Shown here: in pieces, positions 9,520 through 19,999 of the stretch | How positions within the stretch are numbered: position 1 is the stretch's first letter | How the letters are laid out: every line of letters begins with the position of its first letter | DNA from: Gammaproteobacteria bacterium | Lineage (GTDB): Bacteria; Pseudomonadota; Gammaproteobacteria; GCA-001735895 | Length of the DNA stretch: 56,353 bases | Assembly (NCBI GenBank): GCA_047639625.1 | Contig: JBLIOG010000002.1 | Location: 1-56,353, forward strand | Direction: 5' to 3' | Made by a program: the position numbers and the translations under genes | The notes under the pieces: model-generated | Database searches by the model: none | What the model saw: the letters and a program-made list of their open reading frames with translations, nothing else | What the model was told of the DNA's origin: nothing

Positions 9520-10440
9520 TTAATTAATGATCGTCACGCCTTCGAGAGGGCCGCTCTGAATAGTTTTTCGTATCGTGTGTATCGTTTCTTTTCTTGGATA
9601 ATGCTTGCGCCAGGCGATTGCTACTGTCCGGCTTGGCGATGGGTCTTTAAAGGGTTTAATCTGAATCAATGAATTCATACGTTGATCGTGAATGATACTG
9701 GTGCGCGGCAAGACGGTAATTCCGGTCCCTGCGGCAACCATTTGGCGAATGGTTTCCAGTGAACCACCTTCAAGCGTTCGAGTTAATTCGCTACTGCCTG
9801 ACATGCAATTAGGACAGGCTCGAATCACCTGGTCACGAAAACAATGCCCGGCACCAAGCAACATCAAATCCTGCGATGCCAGATCTTTGGGTGGAATTTG
9901 ATCGAGATCCTGCCATTCATGATTACGGGGCAGTGCGACGATGAAGGGTTCTTCATATAATGGTGCGGTTTCAATGCCAGCTTCTTCGAATGGAAGCGAT
10001 ATGACGATGGCATCCAGAGCGCCCTGCTTTAACGAGTGAAATAAATTGGCAGTAAAGTTTTCTTCAATAATAAGACGAAGGTTAGGTGCAATTTCGTTTA
10101 ACTTGGGGATCAGGCTCGGCAGGAGATAGGGGCCTATTGTATAAATAACGCCAAGGCGGAATTTTCCTGATAAAGGATCTTTTCCTTGTTGGGCGATTTC
10201 GGTCAGAATTTGTGCTTCTTGTAAAACAATATAGGCTTGATTGATGATTTGCTGACCTATTTCGGTAATTCTGACTTCATTTTTTGAGCTTCGCTCAAAT
10301 AACCGAACATCGAGCTCTTCTTCAAGCTTTTTGATCGCTATACTTAACGTTGGTTGACTGACGAAACAGGATTGCGCCGCTTTACCAAAATGATTTTTCT
10401 GGGAAACGGCGACGACATAACGTAATTCGGTTAAGGTCAT
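9520..10440 (-). CDS. oxyR: LysR-family hydrogen-peroxide sensor/activator OxyR
   Basis: MTLTELRYVVAVSQKNHFGKAAQSCFVSQPTLSIAIKKLEEEL closely parallels Pseudomonas OxyR. The redox cysteine pair is in OxyR spacing (GHCFRDQVIRAC, C and C+9). I take the start as the ATG at 10440 rather than the ORF-track start at 10485. Confidence 0.85.
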   Translation of the reverse strand: MTLTELRYVVAVSQKNHFGKAAQSCFVSQPTLSIAIKKLEEELDVRLFERSSKNEVRITEIGQQIINQAYIVLQEAQILTEIAQQGKDPLSGKFRLGVIYTIGPYLLPSLIPKLNEIAPNLRLIIEENFTANLFHSLKQGALDAIVISLPFEEAGIETAPLYEEPFIVALPRNHEWQDLDQIPPKDLASQDLMLLGAGHCFRDQVIRACPNCMSGSSELTRTLEGGSLETIRQMVAAGTGITVLPRTSIIHDQRMNSLIQIKPFKDPSPSRTVAIAWRKHYPRKETIHTIRKTIQSGPLEGVTIIN

Positions 10441-10531
10441 AATAGTTCTAGGGTTTATCTGGGCACTAATTGTCCATAATACCATCGAACGTGCAATTGA
10501 AAACTACGAGCCAATCAAATAAAACTATGGA

Positions 10532-10990
10532 ATGCCTATGAAATTTTTGATCGATAAACTTTTTGGCGATAAATTAATAAGCCAATCACCCGAAAAACAG
10601 GAGCACCGGCTACAAGTCGCAACGGCTACACTCCTGCTCGAAGTCGTCCGTGCGGACTTTGAGACTGATGAGCGTGAAGTAAAACGCATGCGTCAGTTAC
10701 TGATAAAGTTTTTTGATTTGTCGGATGATGAGTTGAATGATCTGATTGCGGGAGCGGAGGAGGAGGCCAATCAACTGGTTTCAATTCAGCATTTAACCCG
10801 ATTGCTGAATGAGCAGTATGCTGAGCCGGATAAAATACGCATAATTGAAATGATGTGGCAGCTCGTGTTTGCGGACGGTAACCTGGATCATTATGAAGAG
10901 CATTTAATCCGCCAGGTTGCGGAACTTCTATATCTGCCTCATTCTGCTTTTATCCAGGCAAGGCATAAAGCTGAACCTCCGGTCATGTAA
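10532..10990 (+). CDS. TerB-family (tellurite-resistance-like) protein
   Basis: This is a 152-aa acidic helical protein of TerB-like type (ATATLLLEVVRADFETDEREVKRM ... MMWQLVFADGNLDHYEEHLIRQVAELL). It is divergent from oxyR. Confidence 0.65.
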   Translation: MPMKFLIDKLFGDKLISQSPEKQEHRLQVATATLLLEVVRADFETDEREVKRMRQLLIKFFDLSDDELNDLIAGAEEEANQLVSIQHLTRLLNEQYAEPDKIRIIEMMWQLVFADGNLDHYEEHLIRQVAELLYLPHSAFIQARHKAEPPVM

Positions 10991-10994
10991 AAAG

Positions 10995-11600
10995 CTAAAA
11001 ACTTCCGAGTGCCACTAACGGCGGAATGACCAGCATTTTGATGACCATAATGGCGAGGCCGGCGAACAAGGGCGAAAGATCCATACCGCCGAACGGAGGT
11101 AGAAACTTTTGAATCGGTCGCATGATCGGACGCGATAAAGTTGTCACTAAGCCAATAACCGGATTGTGGGTTCCAGGGCTAACCCAGCTTAAAATAACCT
11201 GTATGAATATGGCGATTAAAAACACTGTAAAAACCAGCGCTAGCAGATCCGCAATACTGATAATAAGCAGGCCTGCATAGCTGATGCTACCGATAGCCGC
11301 TATAACGTTTCCAATTTGAACCACACCGACATCGAGCAATCGCAATAAAATAAATTTCAGATAAATGAGAGCCAGGCACAGCAATAGTGCCGCTGTGTCT
11401 TGTCCTTGTATGCTAGGAATAAAGCGTCGCAGGTGGCGTAAAGGTGGTGTTGTTAAGCGGACTATAAATTGAGAAACCGGATTGTAAAAATCGGCACGAA
11501 GCGTTTGTAACATGAATCGTAGGAGTACCAGCAGGATATACAGTTCGAATATCGTGTTGATAATGAGTGTTAGTGGTGACAGTAGGTAGTTTGAGCCCAT
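10995..11600 (-). CDS. yggT: YggT-family integral membrane protein
   Basis: It has two YggT repeats with TM helices. Its position downstream of proC-yggS matches the conserved yggS-proC-yggT arrangement. Confidence 0.8.
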   Translation of the reverse strand: MGSNYLLSPLTLIINTIFELYILLVLLRFMLQTLRADFYNPVSQFIVRLTTPPLRHLRRFIPSIQGQDTAALLLCLALIYLKFILLRLLDVGVVQIGNVIAAIGSISYAGLLIISIADLLALVFTVFLIAIFIQVILSWVSPGTHNPVIGLVTTLSRPIMRPIQKFLPPFGGMDLSPLFAGLAIMVIKMLVIPPLVALGSF

Positions 11601-11614
11601 GATTAATATCGACC

Positions 11615-12442
11615 TTAGTCTGTTTTTACATCCAGTTCGTTAGAGAGTTCTTGCGATCGGCGTTGTGCGGCAGCGGTTGCGGTCTCTACCAGGCCGCACA
11701 AATTGTTATTCTGAAATGAGAGTATCGCCTGTTCGGTTGTTCCTTTTTTCGAAGTAACCTGTTCTCTTAATGTCACGACATCATTGTTAAGCGCCATAGT
11801 TGCAGCCCCTAGTGCGGTCTGTCGAGCCAGTTTAGCTGAGGTTTCTGGAGACAGGCCCATTTTTTCACCGGCGGCCTGAAGGCATTCGATAAAGTAGAAG
11901 AAATAGGCCGGCCCACTGCCTGAAACAGCCGTTACAGCGTCGAGGTCTTTTTCTTCATCAACCCAGAGAGTAATGCCGACTGCCTGAAGAATTGCCTCTG
12001 CAGTTGTTCTTTGTTGCGTACCGACATTTTCGTTCGCGTACAAACCTGTTGCACCCATTTGCAGCAGTGCGGGCGTGTTTGGCATGCATCGAATGACTGC
12101 TCGGTTACCACCCATCCAGCGATTAATAGAAGCGCCAGTTACTCCTGCAGCAATACTAATAAATAATCGAGATTGTTCCACACTGAGTTTTGCCAGGGGT
12201 TCGCAAACCAGAGACATAACCTGTGGTTTAACGGCGAGTATTACAACATCGGCAGTCTGAACTGAAGACAGGTTATCGGTTGATACATTGATGCCGTAAC
12301 GACTCTTAAGGTTGTCTAATTGCTCCTCATTGATATCGCAGGCAGTAATACTTGAAGCGGGGACTTTATTTGCAATCATGCCGCCGATCAGGCTCGATGC
12401 CATATTACCGGCTCCAATAAAACAAATAGTTTGTTGTGTCAC
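11615..12442 (-). CDS. proC: Pyrroline-5-carboxylate reductase
   Basis: It has the N-terminal Rossmann motif ICFIGAGNMASSLIGG and the C-terminal ProC dimerisation domain (SKKGTTEQAI). It has a 4-nt overlap with yggS. Confidence 0.9.
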   Translation of the reverse strand: MTQQTICFIGAGNMASSLIGGMIANKVPASSITACDINEEQLDNLKSRYGINVSTDNLSSVQTADVVILAVKPQVMSLVCEPLAKLSVEQSRLFISIAAGVTGASINRWMGGNRAVIRCMPNTPALLQMGATGLYANENVGTQQRTTAEAILQAVGITLWVDEEKDLDAVTAVSGSGPAYFFYFIECLQAAGEKMGLSPETSAKLARQTALGAATMALNNDVVTLREQVTSKKGTTEQAILSFQNNNLCGLVETATAAAQRRSQELSNELDVKTD

Positions 12443-13122
12443 AGGCGTTCTCCGAAAATTGCTGTTCCTATTCTAACCAGTGTAGAGCCCTCTGCAATGG
12501 CCGCTTCAAGATCATTGCTCATACCCATCGACAGCGTATCGCAGTTAATTCCGATACTCTGCAGATTGGTCAGGCATTCTTTCAGTTGAGCGAAAGGCTT
12601 TCGTTGTTCGGACTCTGTTTCACCTCGAGCCGGGATTGCCATTAATCCTCTTAATTTTATATTTGGCAGACTTGAAATAGCTTTGGCCAAAGCTTCTACT
12701 GCTTCAATGGCAACGCCTGCTTTGGTGGCTTCCTGGTCTATGTTGACTTGAATACAGATATTGAGTGGGGGTAGGTTCGTGGGGCGCTGATCGTTCAGGC
12801 GTTGAGCAACCTTTAGGCGTTCGACGCAGTGAACCCAGGAGAAATTCTCAGCAATTGGTCGGGTCTTATTAGATTGAATGGCCCCAATAAAATGCCATTC
12901 AATGTCGTAATCGGATAGATCTGATATTTTTTCGAGCGCTTCCTGCAGATAATTTTCACCGAAACAGCGCTGTCCATATTCAAAAGCCGCGCGAATATCG
13001 GACGCAGGTTTGCGCTTACTAACCGCGAGTAGTGTGACGTCACCATCAGCGCGTTGAAAGTGCTGACAGATATCCCCGATTTGATGCTTGATATTACTAA
13101 GATTCTTTTCGATGTTCTGCAT
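12439..13122 (-). CDS. yggS: YggS-family pyridoxal-phosphate homeostasis protein
   Basis: Motifs LLAVSKRKP (PLP lysine), WHFIGAIQSNK and LSMGMSNDLEAAI are present. Confidence 0.9.
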   Translation of the reverse strand: MQNIEKNLSNIKHQIGDICQHFQRADGDVTLLAVSKRKPASDIRAAFEYGQRCFGENYLQEALEKISDLSDYDIEWHFIGAIQSNKTRPIAENFSWVHCVERLKVAQRLNDQRPTNLPPLNICIQVNIDQEATKAGVAIEAVEALAKAISSLPNIKLRGLMAIPARGETESEQRKPFAQLKECLTNLQSIGINCDTLSMGMSNDLEAAIAEGSTLVRIGTAIFGERL

Positions 13123-13308
13123 AGCTTTTGCTATAGTTTAGGAGGCCTGACATCAGCCCGCTATAGTGAAAAAGATGGTGGTCGGCGACTAACCGACGGT
13201 GAACCTGTGATTATAATGGGTTTGCCCTGAATCGTAAGGAAAAAAACGCTACTAGCTCGTTGAAAGCATAAAGACAATAATGACAAACATTTACGTAGAG
13301 GAATTCAA

Positions 13309-14343
13309 ATGGATATAGCTCAATTGCTGGCCTTTGGTGTTAAACAAGGTGCATCAGATTTACATCTTTCTGCCGGCCTTCCTCCGATGATTCGTGTTGA
13401 TGGTGACATTCGCCGAATTAATGTCCCGGAAATGGACCATAAACAAGTTCATGACATGATTTATGACATCATGAGTGATAAACAGAGAAAAGATTATGAA
13501 GAATTTCTTGAAACGGATTTTTCATTTGAAATTCCAGGGCTGGCCCGTTTTCGTGTTAATGCTTTTAATCATAACCGCGGAGCTGGCGCTGTATTTAGAA
13601 CCATTCCATCCAAAATTCTTAGTTTGGAAGATTTAGGTGCGCCAAAAATTTTCCAGGAAATATCAGAATATCCTCGCGGTATTGTGCTGGTAACTGGCCC
13701 GACGGGTTCTGGTAAGTCCACGACTTTAGCGGGAATGGTTGATTATAAGAATGATACCGAATATGGACATATTTTGACGGTAGAAGATCCCATTGAATTT
13801 GTTCATGAAAGTAAGCGTTGTCTGGTTAATCAACGTGAAATTCATCGCGATACCCTGGGGTTTAACGAAGCTTTACGATCTGCCTTACGGGAAGATCCAG
13901 ACACGATTCTGGTTGGCGAAATGCGCGACCTCGAGACGATCCGATTAGCCTTATCAGCGGCCGAAACGGGTCACCTGGTTTTCGGTACCTTGCATACCAG
14001 TTCAGCAGCCAAAACCATCGATCGAATTGTTGACGTGTTTCCAGCTGCTGAGAAATCGATGGTTCGCTCGATGTTATCCGAGTCGTTGAAAGCGGTCATA
14101 TCGCAAACCTTATTGAAAAAGATTGGGGGTGGCAGAGTCGCTGCGCATGAAATTATGATTGGTACGCCTGCTATCAGAAACCTGATTCGAGAAGATAAGG
14201 TTGCTCAAATGTATTCGGCGATTCAGACCGGTCAAAACGTTGGCATGCAAACCCTTGATCAGAATCTAAAAGGATTGCTAGCTCAGGGCGTCGTGGCAAA
14301 GGATGAGGCCATGCGTAAAGCGGCTAATCCAGATTCATTGTAA
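13309..14343 (+). CDS. pilT: Type IV pilus retraction ATPase PilT
   Basis: It has Walker A GPTGSGKST, Walker B ILVGEMRD and the His box GHLVFGTLHT. It also has the PilT-specific AIRNLIRE motif. Confidence 0.95.
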   Translation: MDIAQLLAFGVKQGASDLHLSAGLPPMIRVDGDIRRINVPEMDHKQVHDMIYDIMSDKQRKDYEEFLETDFSFEIPGLARFRVNAFNHNRGAGAVFRTIPSKILSLEDLGAPKIFQEISEYPRGIVLVTGPTGSGKSTTLAGMVDYKNDTEYGHILTVEDPIEFVHESKRCLVNQREIHRDTLGFNEALRSALREDPDTILVGEMRDLETIRLALSAAETGHLVFGTLHTSSAAKTIDRIVDVFPAAEKSMVRSMLSESLKAVISQTLLKKIGGGRVAAHEIMIGTPAIRNLIREDKVAQMYSAIQTGQNVGMQTLDQNLKGLLAQGVVAKDEAMRKAANPDSL

Positions 14344-14372
14344 TCAGATCGTAATTAGAAAGGGGGTTTGAG

Positions 14373-15542
14373 ATGGATCGTAACAAAGCGATAAGCTTCA
14401 TGCATGACTTGCTACGTATGATGGTTAGCAAGGATGGTTCGGATTTATTTATTACCACTGGTTCACCACCGGCTATGAAAATCGACGGTAATATGACTAC
14501 GGTATCAAGGCAAAACCTGTCACCTAATCATACTCAAATGTTGGCGCGTTCAATTATGAACGACAAACAGGTTTCTGAATTTGAAGCATCTCAGGAGTGT
14601 AATTTTTCGATTGCCCTGCCCGGAGTGGCCCGATTTCGTGTCAATGCATTTGTGCAACGGGGCAGTACAGGGCTGGTTCTACGAATCATTAATTCCGAAA
14701 TTCCAACTTTTGAAGAATTACATCTGCCACCTATATTGAGAGATATTGCGATGACCAAACGCGGTCTCGTCATATTTGTTGGGGGGACAGGTTCGGGTAA
14801 GTCTACTTCGCTTGCCTCTATGGTCGATTATCGTAATAAAAATAGCCACGGCCATATTATTACTATTGAAGATCCTGTCGAATTTGTTCACGATCATGGC
14901 AACTGTCTAGTCACGCAGCGCGAAGTCGGGGTTGATACCGATTCTTACGAAATAGCCCTGAAAAACACACTACGACAGGCACCGGATGTTATTTTAATCG
15001 GTGAAATTCGGGATCGTGAGACGATGGAGCATGCGATTGCGTTTGCAGAAACCGGACACCTTTGTCTATCGACCCTGCACGCAAACAGCACCAACCAGGC
15101 TCTTGATCGTATTATTAACTTTTTCCCCGACGAACGTCGGTCACAATTATTGATGGATTTGTCGTTGAATTTGAAAGGATTAATTTCTCAGCGACTGATT
15201 CCGAAAATTGATGGAGCCGGTCGAGTTCCGGCGATTGAAGTCATGTTAAATACGCCACTGATGGCTGACCTGATATTCAAAGGCGATGTGCATGAAATGA
15301 AAACTTTGATTTCGAAGTCTAACGAAGCCGGCATGCAAACCTTTGATCAGGCCTTGTTTACTATGTTTGAGGAACAAAAAATCACCTTCGAAGACGCGTT
15401 GCGTAATGCAGATTCGGTGAATGATATTCGACTTAGAATTAAGCTTGAATCTGATACGGCGAGAAAAATGGGCCTGGTCGAAGATCATCGTGATTTTGAA
15501 CTGGAAGAGTCGGAAGATGACGAACGTGGTGGGCTGATCTAG
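14373..15542 (+). CDS. pilU: PilU-type PilT-family ATPase
   Basis: It has Walker A GGTGSGKST, Walker B ILIGEIRD and the His box GHLCLSTLHA. AIRNLIRE is replaced by PLMADLIFKGD. The C-terminal tail is extended and acidic. Confidence 0.9.
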   Translation: MDRNKAISFMHDLLRMMVSKDGSDLFITTGSPPAMKIDGNMTTVSRQNLSPNHTQMLARSIMNDKQVSEFEASQECNFSIALPGVARFRVNAFVQRGSTGLVLRIINSEIPTFEELHLPPILRDIAMTKRGLVIFVGGTGSGKSTSLASMVDYRNKNSHGHIITIEDPVEFVHDHGNCLVTQREVGVDTDSYEIALKNTLRQAPDVILIGEIRDRETMEHAIAFAETGHLCLSTLHANSTNQALDRIINFFPDERRSQLLMDLSLNLKGLISQRLIPKIDGAGRVPAIEVMLNTPLMADLIFKGDVHEMKTLISKSNEAGMQTFDQALFTMFEEQKITFEDALRNADSVNDIRLRIKLESDTARKMGLVEDHRDFELEESEDDERGGLI

Positions 15543-15543
15543 C

Positions 15544-16704
15544 ATGTCAAAAGAGCCGACAACAAAACTACTCGAACCCTATCTTCGACTCATGGTTGAA
15601 AAGCAGGGGTCCGATCTATTTTTTGTGACTGGCGCTCCACCCAATATGAAAGTTCAGGGCAAGACAAGCCCTATCGCCAAAAAAGCATTTGAACCTGGTC
15701 AGGTCGAAAAGTTGGCGTTAAGCATTCTTAATGAAGAACAAATGAGAGACTTTGACATCAATCGTGAAATGAATCTGGGTTTTACACTCCAGGATGTAGG
15801 ACGTTTCAGGGTTAATATCTATATTCAGCGGTCTGAAGTGTCGATGGTTATTCGTTATATCAAATGGGATATTCCAACCATTGATGAACTCGGATTACCT
15901 CAAATTCTAAAAGAAATTGTCATGAACAAAAACGGGATGGTTCTTGTCGTTGGATCGACTGGATCAGGGAAATCTACCACACTTGCGTCGATGATTGATC
16001 ATCGTAATATGGCAGAGGGTGGCCATATTTTAACGATTGAAGACCCGATCGAATTTGTATTTAGGCATAAAAAATCCATTGTTTCACAACGTGAAGTGGG
16101 TATTGATACGCTCACTTATGAAAATGCCCTGCGTGAAGCCCTGCGCGAAGCTCCCGAGGTTATTATGATTGGAGAGGCCCGGGATGGAGAAACCATGAAG
16201 GCTGCCATCAACTTCGCAGATACTGGGCATCTTTGCCTAACGACATTACATGCGGTTAATTCGAATCAGGCGATGGACCGAATCATGAATATGTTTCCGT
16301 CTGATATGCGTGAGCAATTGTTGATGGATTTATCGCTCAATTTAAGAGCGGTTGTTTCGCAGCGTCTCGTGCCAGGGATGTATGGGAAATTGGCCTGCGC
16401 GGTCGAAATAATGATGAATACGCCCTATATCTCACAACTGTTGCGGGAAGGGAGCTTTAATGAGATTAAAGTAATTATGGAGAAAGGAGATATGGCGGGA
16501 ATGCAAACCTTTGATCAATCGCTCTACCAATTGTATAAAGCAGATGCGATATCGATCAAATCTGCTCTGGCTTATGCAGATTCCAGTACTAATCTCGAAT
16601 GGAAAATCAATTTTGGTGGAGAAGTGAAGCCGAAGGACACGCGACATAATTTGAATCAACAAGGTGGACTCGACGACCTGATTTTACCCTCCGATGAAGA
16701 ATAG
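15544..16704 (+). CDS. Second PilU-like PilT-family ATPase (third tandem paralogue)
   Basis: It has Walker A GSTGSGKST, Walker B IMIGEARD and the His box GHLCLTTLHA. There is no AIRNLIRE (PYISQLLREGS instead). The ATG lies 1 nt after the pilU stop. Confidence 0.9.
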   Translation: MSKEPTTKLLEPYLRLMVEKQGSDLFFVTGAPPNMKVQGKTSPIAKKAFEPGQVEKLALSILNEEQMRDFDINREMNLGFTLQDVGRFRVNIYIQRSEVSMVIRYIKWDIPTIDELGLPQILKEIVMNKNGMVLVVGSTGSGKSTTLASMIDHRNMAEGGHILTIEDPIEFVFRHKKSIVSQREVGIDTLTYENALREALREAPEVIMIGEARDGETMKAAINFADTGHLCLTTLHAVNSNQAMDRIMNMFPSDMREQLLMDLSLNLRAVVSQRLVPGMYGKLACAVEIMMNTPYISQLLREGSFNEIKVIMEKGDMAGMQTFDQSLYQLYKADAISIKSALAYADSSTNLEWKINFGGEVKPKDTRHNLNQQGGLDDLILPSDEE

Positions 16705-16722
16705 ATCGAGATCATCACCGGA

Positions 16723-18000
16723 TTATCGTTCAAATACCAATTCCCCGTTTACCCAGGTGTGACTGACCTGGCCTTCCAGTCTCCAGCCTTCGAACGCTGT
16801 ATTTTTACCTTTTGAAACAAACTGCTTAGATTCGCAGCTTCTAGTTATAGTTGGATCGACAATGATTAGGTCTGCGATGCTTCCTTGACTAATCTGGCCA
16901 CCGGGCAAGCCCATGATTCTTGACGGCGCCAGGCTGACCTTTTCGATCAATTGTGGCAGTGTCAGCAATTGATCTTCAACAAGTCGCAAGCCCAAACAGA
17001 GAAAAGTGTCGAGTGCGCTAATACCGGGTTCTGCTGATGGGAAAGGACGTAATTTGGCGTCAATTTCATGGGGCTGATGATCCGAGCAGATGCAATCAAT
17101 GGTTCCGTCAGCGACGCCTGCACGCAGTGCATCGCGGTCATATTGGCTGCGAAGTGGCGGAATTGTCAGTTTGTTGCTGTCAAAGTTACCGATGTCATGA
17201 TCGGTTAAAAACAATTGATGCATCGCGCAGTCAGCGGTAATTGGTAAGCCTTTTATGCGGGCACGCCGAATCATGTCGACGGATCGGGCGCAGGATAATT
17301 GGCCAAAATGGGTCCGGGCACCTGTTTGTGCGACCAGCTCTATATCTTTTGCCAATGCAGCGGTTTCTGCAGCTTCTGGGATTGCAGGCAGGCCCAGCCG
17401 AGTTGCAATAGCGCCTTCGTGGGCGCAACCGCCACCCTGTAAATCATGATCTCGAGGTTGAATGATGACTAGCATATTCAAACCTGCCGCATATTCCATC
17501 GCGCGGCGCTGTATTAAATTGTTACCCAAAGGTCGGGTGGCATTACTAACGGCTACGCAACCATCATCACGTAAGCTAGCCATATTACTCAGTTGATCGC
17601 CGTCGAGATTTCGGGTTAATGCGCCAATCGGATAGACCTTGGCATGAAATCCGAAGGTTTCATTGCGATGGTGGATTAACTCGACTGTTGCAGAGTTATC
17701 TATGACCGGTTGGGTGTCGGGAGGCAAACAAAGACTGGTGATACCATTCTTGATTGCGGCTTCAGTTTCGCTTTGAATGTTGGCTTTTTCGGGCTGTCCC
17801 GGGTCTCGTAATCGGGCCTGAATATCGACCAGTCCGGGCATAACCCAATGTCCTTTCGCGTCGATTTCCTGATCGATATTAAACCCATCCGGTACCTGAC
17901 CTACCGCAATGATGGTATCGCCGGATAGGAATAAATCTGCATTCAGAATCTTTTTTTGAACCGGGTCGATCAGCTGCCCGTTTCGAATAACCTGATTCAT
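16723..18000 (-). CDS. Dihydroorotase-like protein, probably the non-catalytic PyrC' subunit of aspartate carbamoyltransferase
   Basis: It has a DHOase fold ([16 protein letters not shown]), but the first metal motif D-x-H-x-H reads [11 protein letters not shown]. It has a 4-nt overlap with pyrB. Confidence 0.85.
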   Translation of the reverse strand: MNQVIRNGQLIDPVQKKILNADLFLSGDTIIAVGQVPDGFNIDQEIDAKGHWVMPGLVDIQARLRDPGQPEKANIQSETEAAIKNGITSLCLPPDTQPVIDNSATVELIHHRNETFGFHAKVYPIGALTRNLDGDQLSNMASLRDDGCVAVSNATRPLGNNLIQRRAMEYAAGLNMLVIIQPRDHDLQGGGCAHEGAIATRLGLPAIPEAAETAALAKDIELVAQTGARTHFGQLSCARSVDMIRRARIKGLPITADCAMHQLFLTDHDIGNFDSNKLTIPPLRSQYDRDALRAGVADGTIDCICSDHQPHEIDAKLRPFPSAEPGISALDTFLCLGLRLVEDQLLTLPQLIEKVSLAPSRIMGLPGGQISQGSIADLIIVDPTITRSCESKQFVSKGKNTAFEGWRLEGQVSHTWVNGELVFER

Positions 18001-18977
18001 GTCTTTACTCCCGTCGCGAGACCCGATTGCCCCACGATTAATGACATTACTGCCATACGGACCAGAATCCCAAAGCTGACCTGTTGAAGAATAACCGATT
18101 GATTGCCGTCCATAACGCTGGATTCAATTTCGACGCCACGATTGGCGGGACCGGGATGCATGACTATCGCATCAGGTTTGGCGTATCGAAGACGCTCCTG
18201 AGTGAGGCCAAACTGTCGGAAGTATTCTTTTTCACTGGGCAGTAAAGCGCCCTGCATTCGTTCTTTTTGGAGTCGTAGCATGATGACGACGTCGGCATCT
18301 TCAATTCCTTTTTCAAGATTATCGTAAATTTCGACCCCGAGATCTTCGCAATCAGCGGGTATTAAGGTTTTAGGTGCCACCACACGGACATTAGCAGTAT
18401 TTAATATATTCAATGCATGGATTTGAGATCGTGCAACGCGTGAGTGCATGATATCCCCGACAATAGCGACTCGAAGCTGACTGAAGTCCTTTTTATGATG
18501 ACGAATGGTGAACATGTCCAACATGGCCTGTGTCGGATGGGCATGTTGTCCATCGCCAGCGTTTAAGACGCTGACTCCCGGTTTGACGTGTTGTGCAAAA
18601 AAATGGGCACTGCCGCTGTCCTGATGGCGGATTACAAACATATCAATTTGCATAGCTTCAAGATTGTGTAACGTATCCAGCAGCGACTCACCTTTGGCTG
18701 TTGCCGATGTACTCACATTCAGATTAAGAATGTCAGCCGATAAACGTTGCGCTGCTAGTTCGAAAGTTGAGCGGGTGCGTGTGCTGGCTTCGAAAAATAA
18801 ATTAGCAACCGTTTTCCCTCGAAGCAGAGGGACTTTTCTGATCGTATTATCTGGGCTTGCGAGAAAAGTAGCGGCGGTATCGAGTATTTCAGTCAGGATT
18901 TCGGCGCTGAGTCCTTCGATACTGAGGAAATGACGAAGTTTTCCGCTGTCATCCAGTTGTAAATGCATGTCCTGCAT
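17997..18977 (-). CDS. pyrB: Aspartate carbamoyltransferase catalytic chain
   Basis: Motifs [21 protein letters not shown] and MHPGPANRG are present. Confidence 0.95.
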   Translation of the reverse strand: MQDMHLQLDDSGKLRHFLSIEGLSAEILTEILDTAATFLASPDNTIRKVPLLRGKTVANLFFEASTRTRSTFELAAQRLSADILNLNVSTSATAKGESLLDTLHNLEAMQIDMFVIRHQDSGSAHFFAQHVKPGVSVLNAGDGQHAHPTQAMLDMFTIRHHKKDFSQLRVAIVGDIMHSRVARSQIHALNILNTANVRVVAPKTLIPADCEDLGVEIYDNLEKGIEDADVVIMLRLQKERMQGALLPSEKEYFRQFGLTQERLRYAKPDAIVMHPGPANRGVEIESSVMDGNQSVILQQVSFGILVRMAVMSLIVGQSGLATGVKT

Positions 18978-18980
18978 GAA

Positions 18981-19493
18981 CTATTCTGCTCTCATTGAGA
19001 GCGATAGCGGCTCGGGGCCGGTTAGTTTGATATGTTGGCCTTTCATTAGTTGCATGGTCTCTCCTACAAAGTCAGGTTGAATCGGGATTTCTCGTTCTCC
19101 CCGGTCAATTAGAATAGCGAGCATAATTTGGCTGGGCCGGCCAAAATCGAATAATTCGTTCATTGCTGCGCGGACAGTTCTACCTGAATAAAGTACGTCA
19201 TCAACCAGTATGATTCGACGATCATCAATGGGTTCTGGGAGGACTGAAGGCTTTACCGTTGGGTGCAGTCCAATGCGAGAGAAATCATCACGATAAAAAG
19301 AGATATTAAGTCGCCCAAGCTGTGTTTTCGGTGAGATAGCGCGATGGATTGCTTCAGCAACCCAGACGCCACCTGAGTCAATACCGACGATAAGCGGTTG
19401 TTGTTCATCATCGCTGTTAGAAAAGAGAGGTTTAATGGCCTCGATCAGCTTGTTTAGAAGAGGGTCTACTGCGGGTAAGGTCACATATTTCAC
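18981..19493 (-). CDS. pyrR: PyrR, pyrimidine operon regulator / uracil phosphoribosyltransferase
   Basis: It has the PRPP-binding motif IILVDDVLYSGRT and is 170 aa long. It sits immediately upstream of pyrB. The start is a GTG. Confidence 0.9.
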   Translation of the reverse strand: MKYVTLPAVDPLLNKLIEAIKPLFSNSDDEQQPLIVGIDSGGVWVAEAIHRAISPKTQLGRLNISFYRDDFSRIGLHPTVKPSVLPEPIDDRRIILVDDVLYSGRTVRAAMNELFDFGRPSQIMLAILIDRGEREIPIQPDFVGETMQLMKGQHIKLTGPEPLSLSMRAE

Positions 19494-19558
19494 CGGTTGG
19501 AAACTGCTAGGCGTTATAGCATAAATTGATTTCGGGTTCAGCAGATTTGGCGGAATGT

Positions 19559-19999
19559 CTAGCCGAAATTGAACTGCGATAACCAGCTTTCTGTGATCAG
19601 AGCTGCTGCAATACTATCAATTTCATTTTTCTGACGCCGCTTTCCGCTTTCAATCGCCAATAACCAGGCTTCCCGGCTGGTCAATCGTTCGTCAACTAGC
19701 TCGCAGTGGAGTTGAAATTTTTCTGATAATTGGCGGCTGAATCTACGTGCTTTTTTTGTCATGGGTTGGGGGTCGCCATTCATGTCGAGTGGCAAACCTA
19801 CCACCAGTATTTGTGGTTTCCATTGACTTATGATGTCAGATATTTTTATCCAGTCGGGTTTATTATTAACCACCCGGATGGCATTTAAAGGCGTGGCCTG
19901 ACAGGTTAGCGTTTGGCCGACAGCTACGCCTGTCCAGCGGGTTCCGGGATCAAAGCCTATGACAGAGGTTGGTTTGGAAGTTGGTTTGTCGTCAAGCAT
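19559..19999 (-). CDS. ruvX: Putative pre-16S rRNA nuclease / Holliday-junction-resolvase-like YqgF
   Basis: It has the N-terminal motif IGFDPGTRWTGVAVG. I chose the ATG at 19999, which gives an 8-nt overlap with the yqgE stop. The longer ORF-track start at 20080 would run deep into yqgE. Confidence 0.85.
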   Translation of the reverse strand: MLDDKPTSKPTSVIGFDPGTRWTGVAVGQTLTCQATPLNAIRVVNNKPDWIKISDIISQWKPQILVVGLPLDMNGDPQPMTKKARRFSRQLSEKFQLHCELVDERLTSREAWLLAIESGKRRQKNEIDSIAAALITESWLSQFNFG

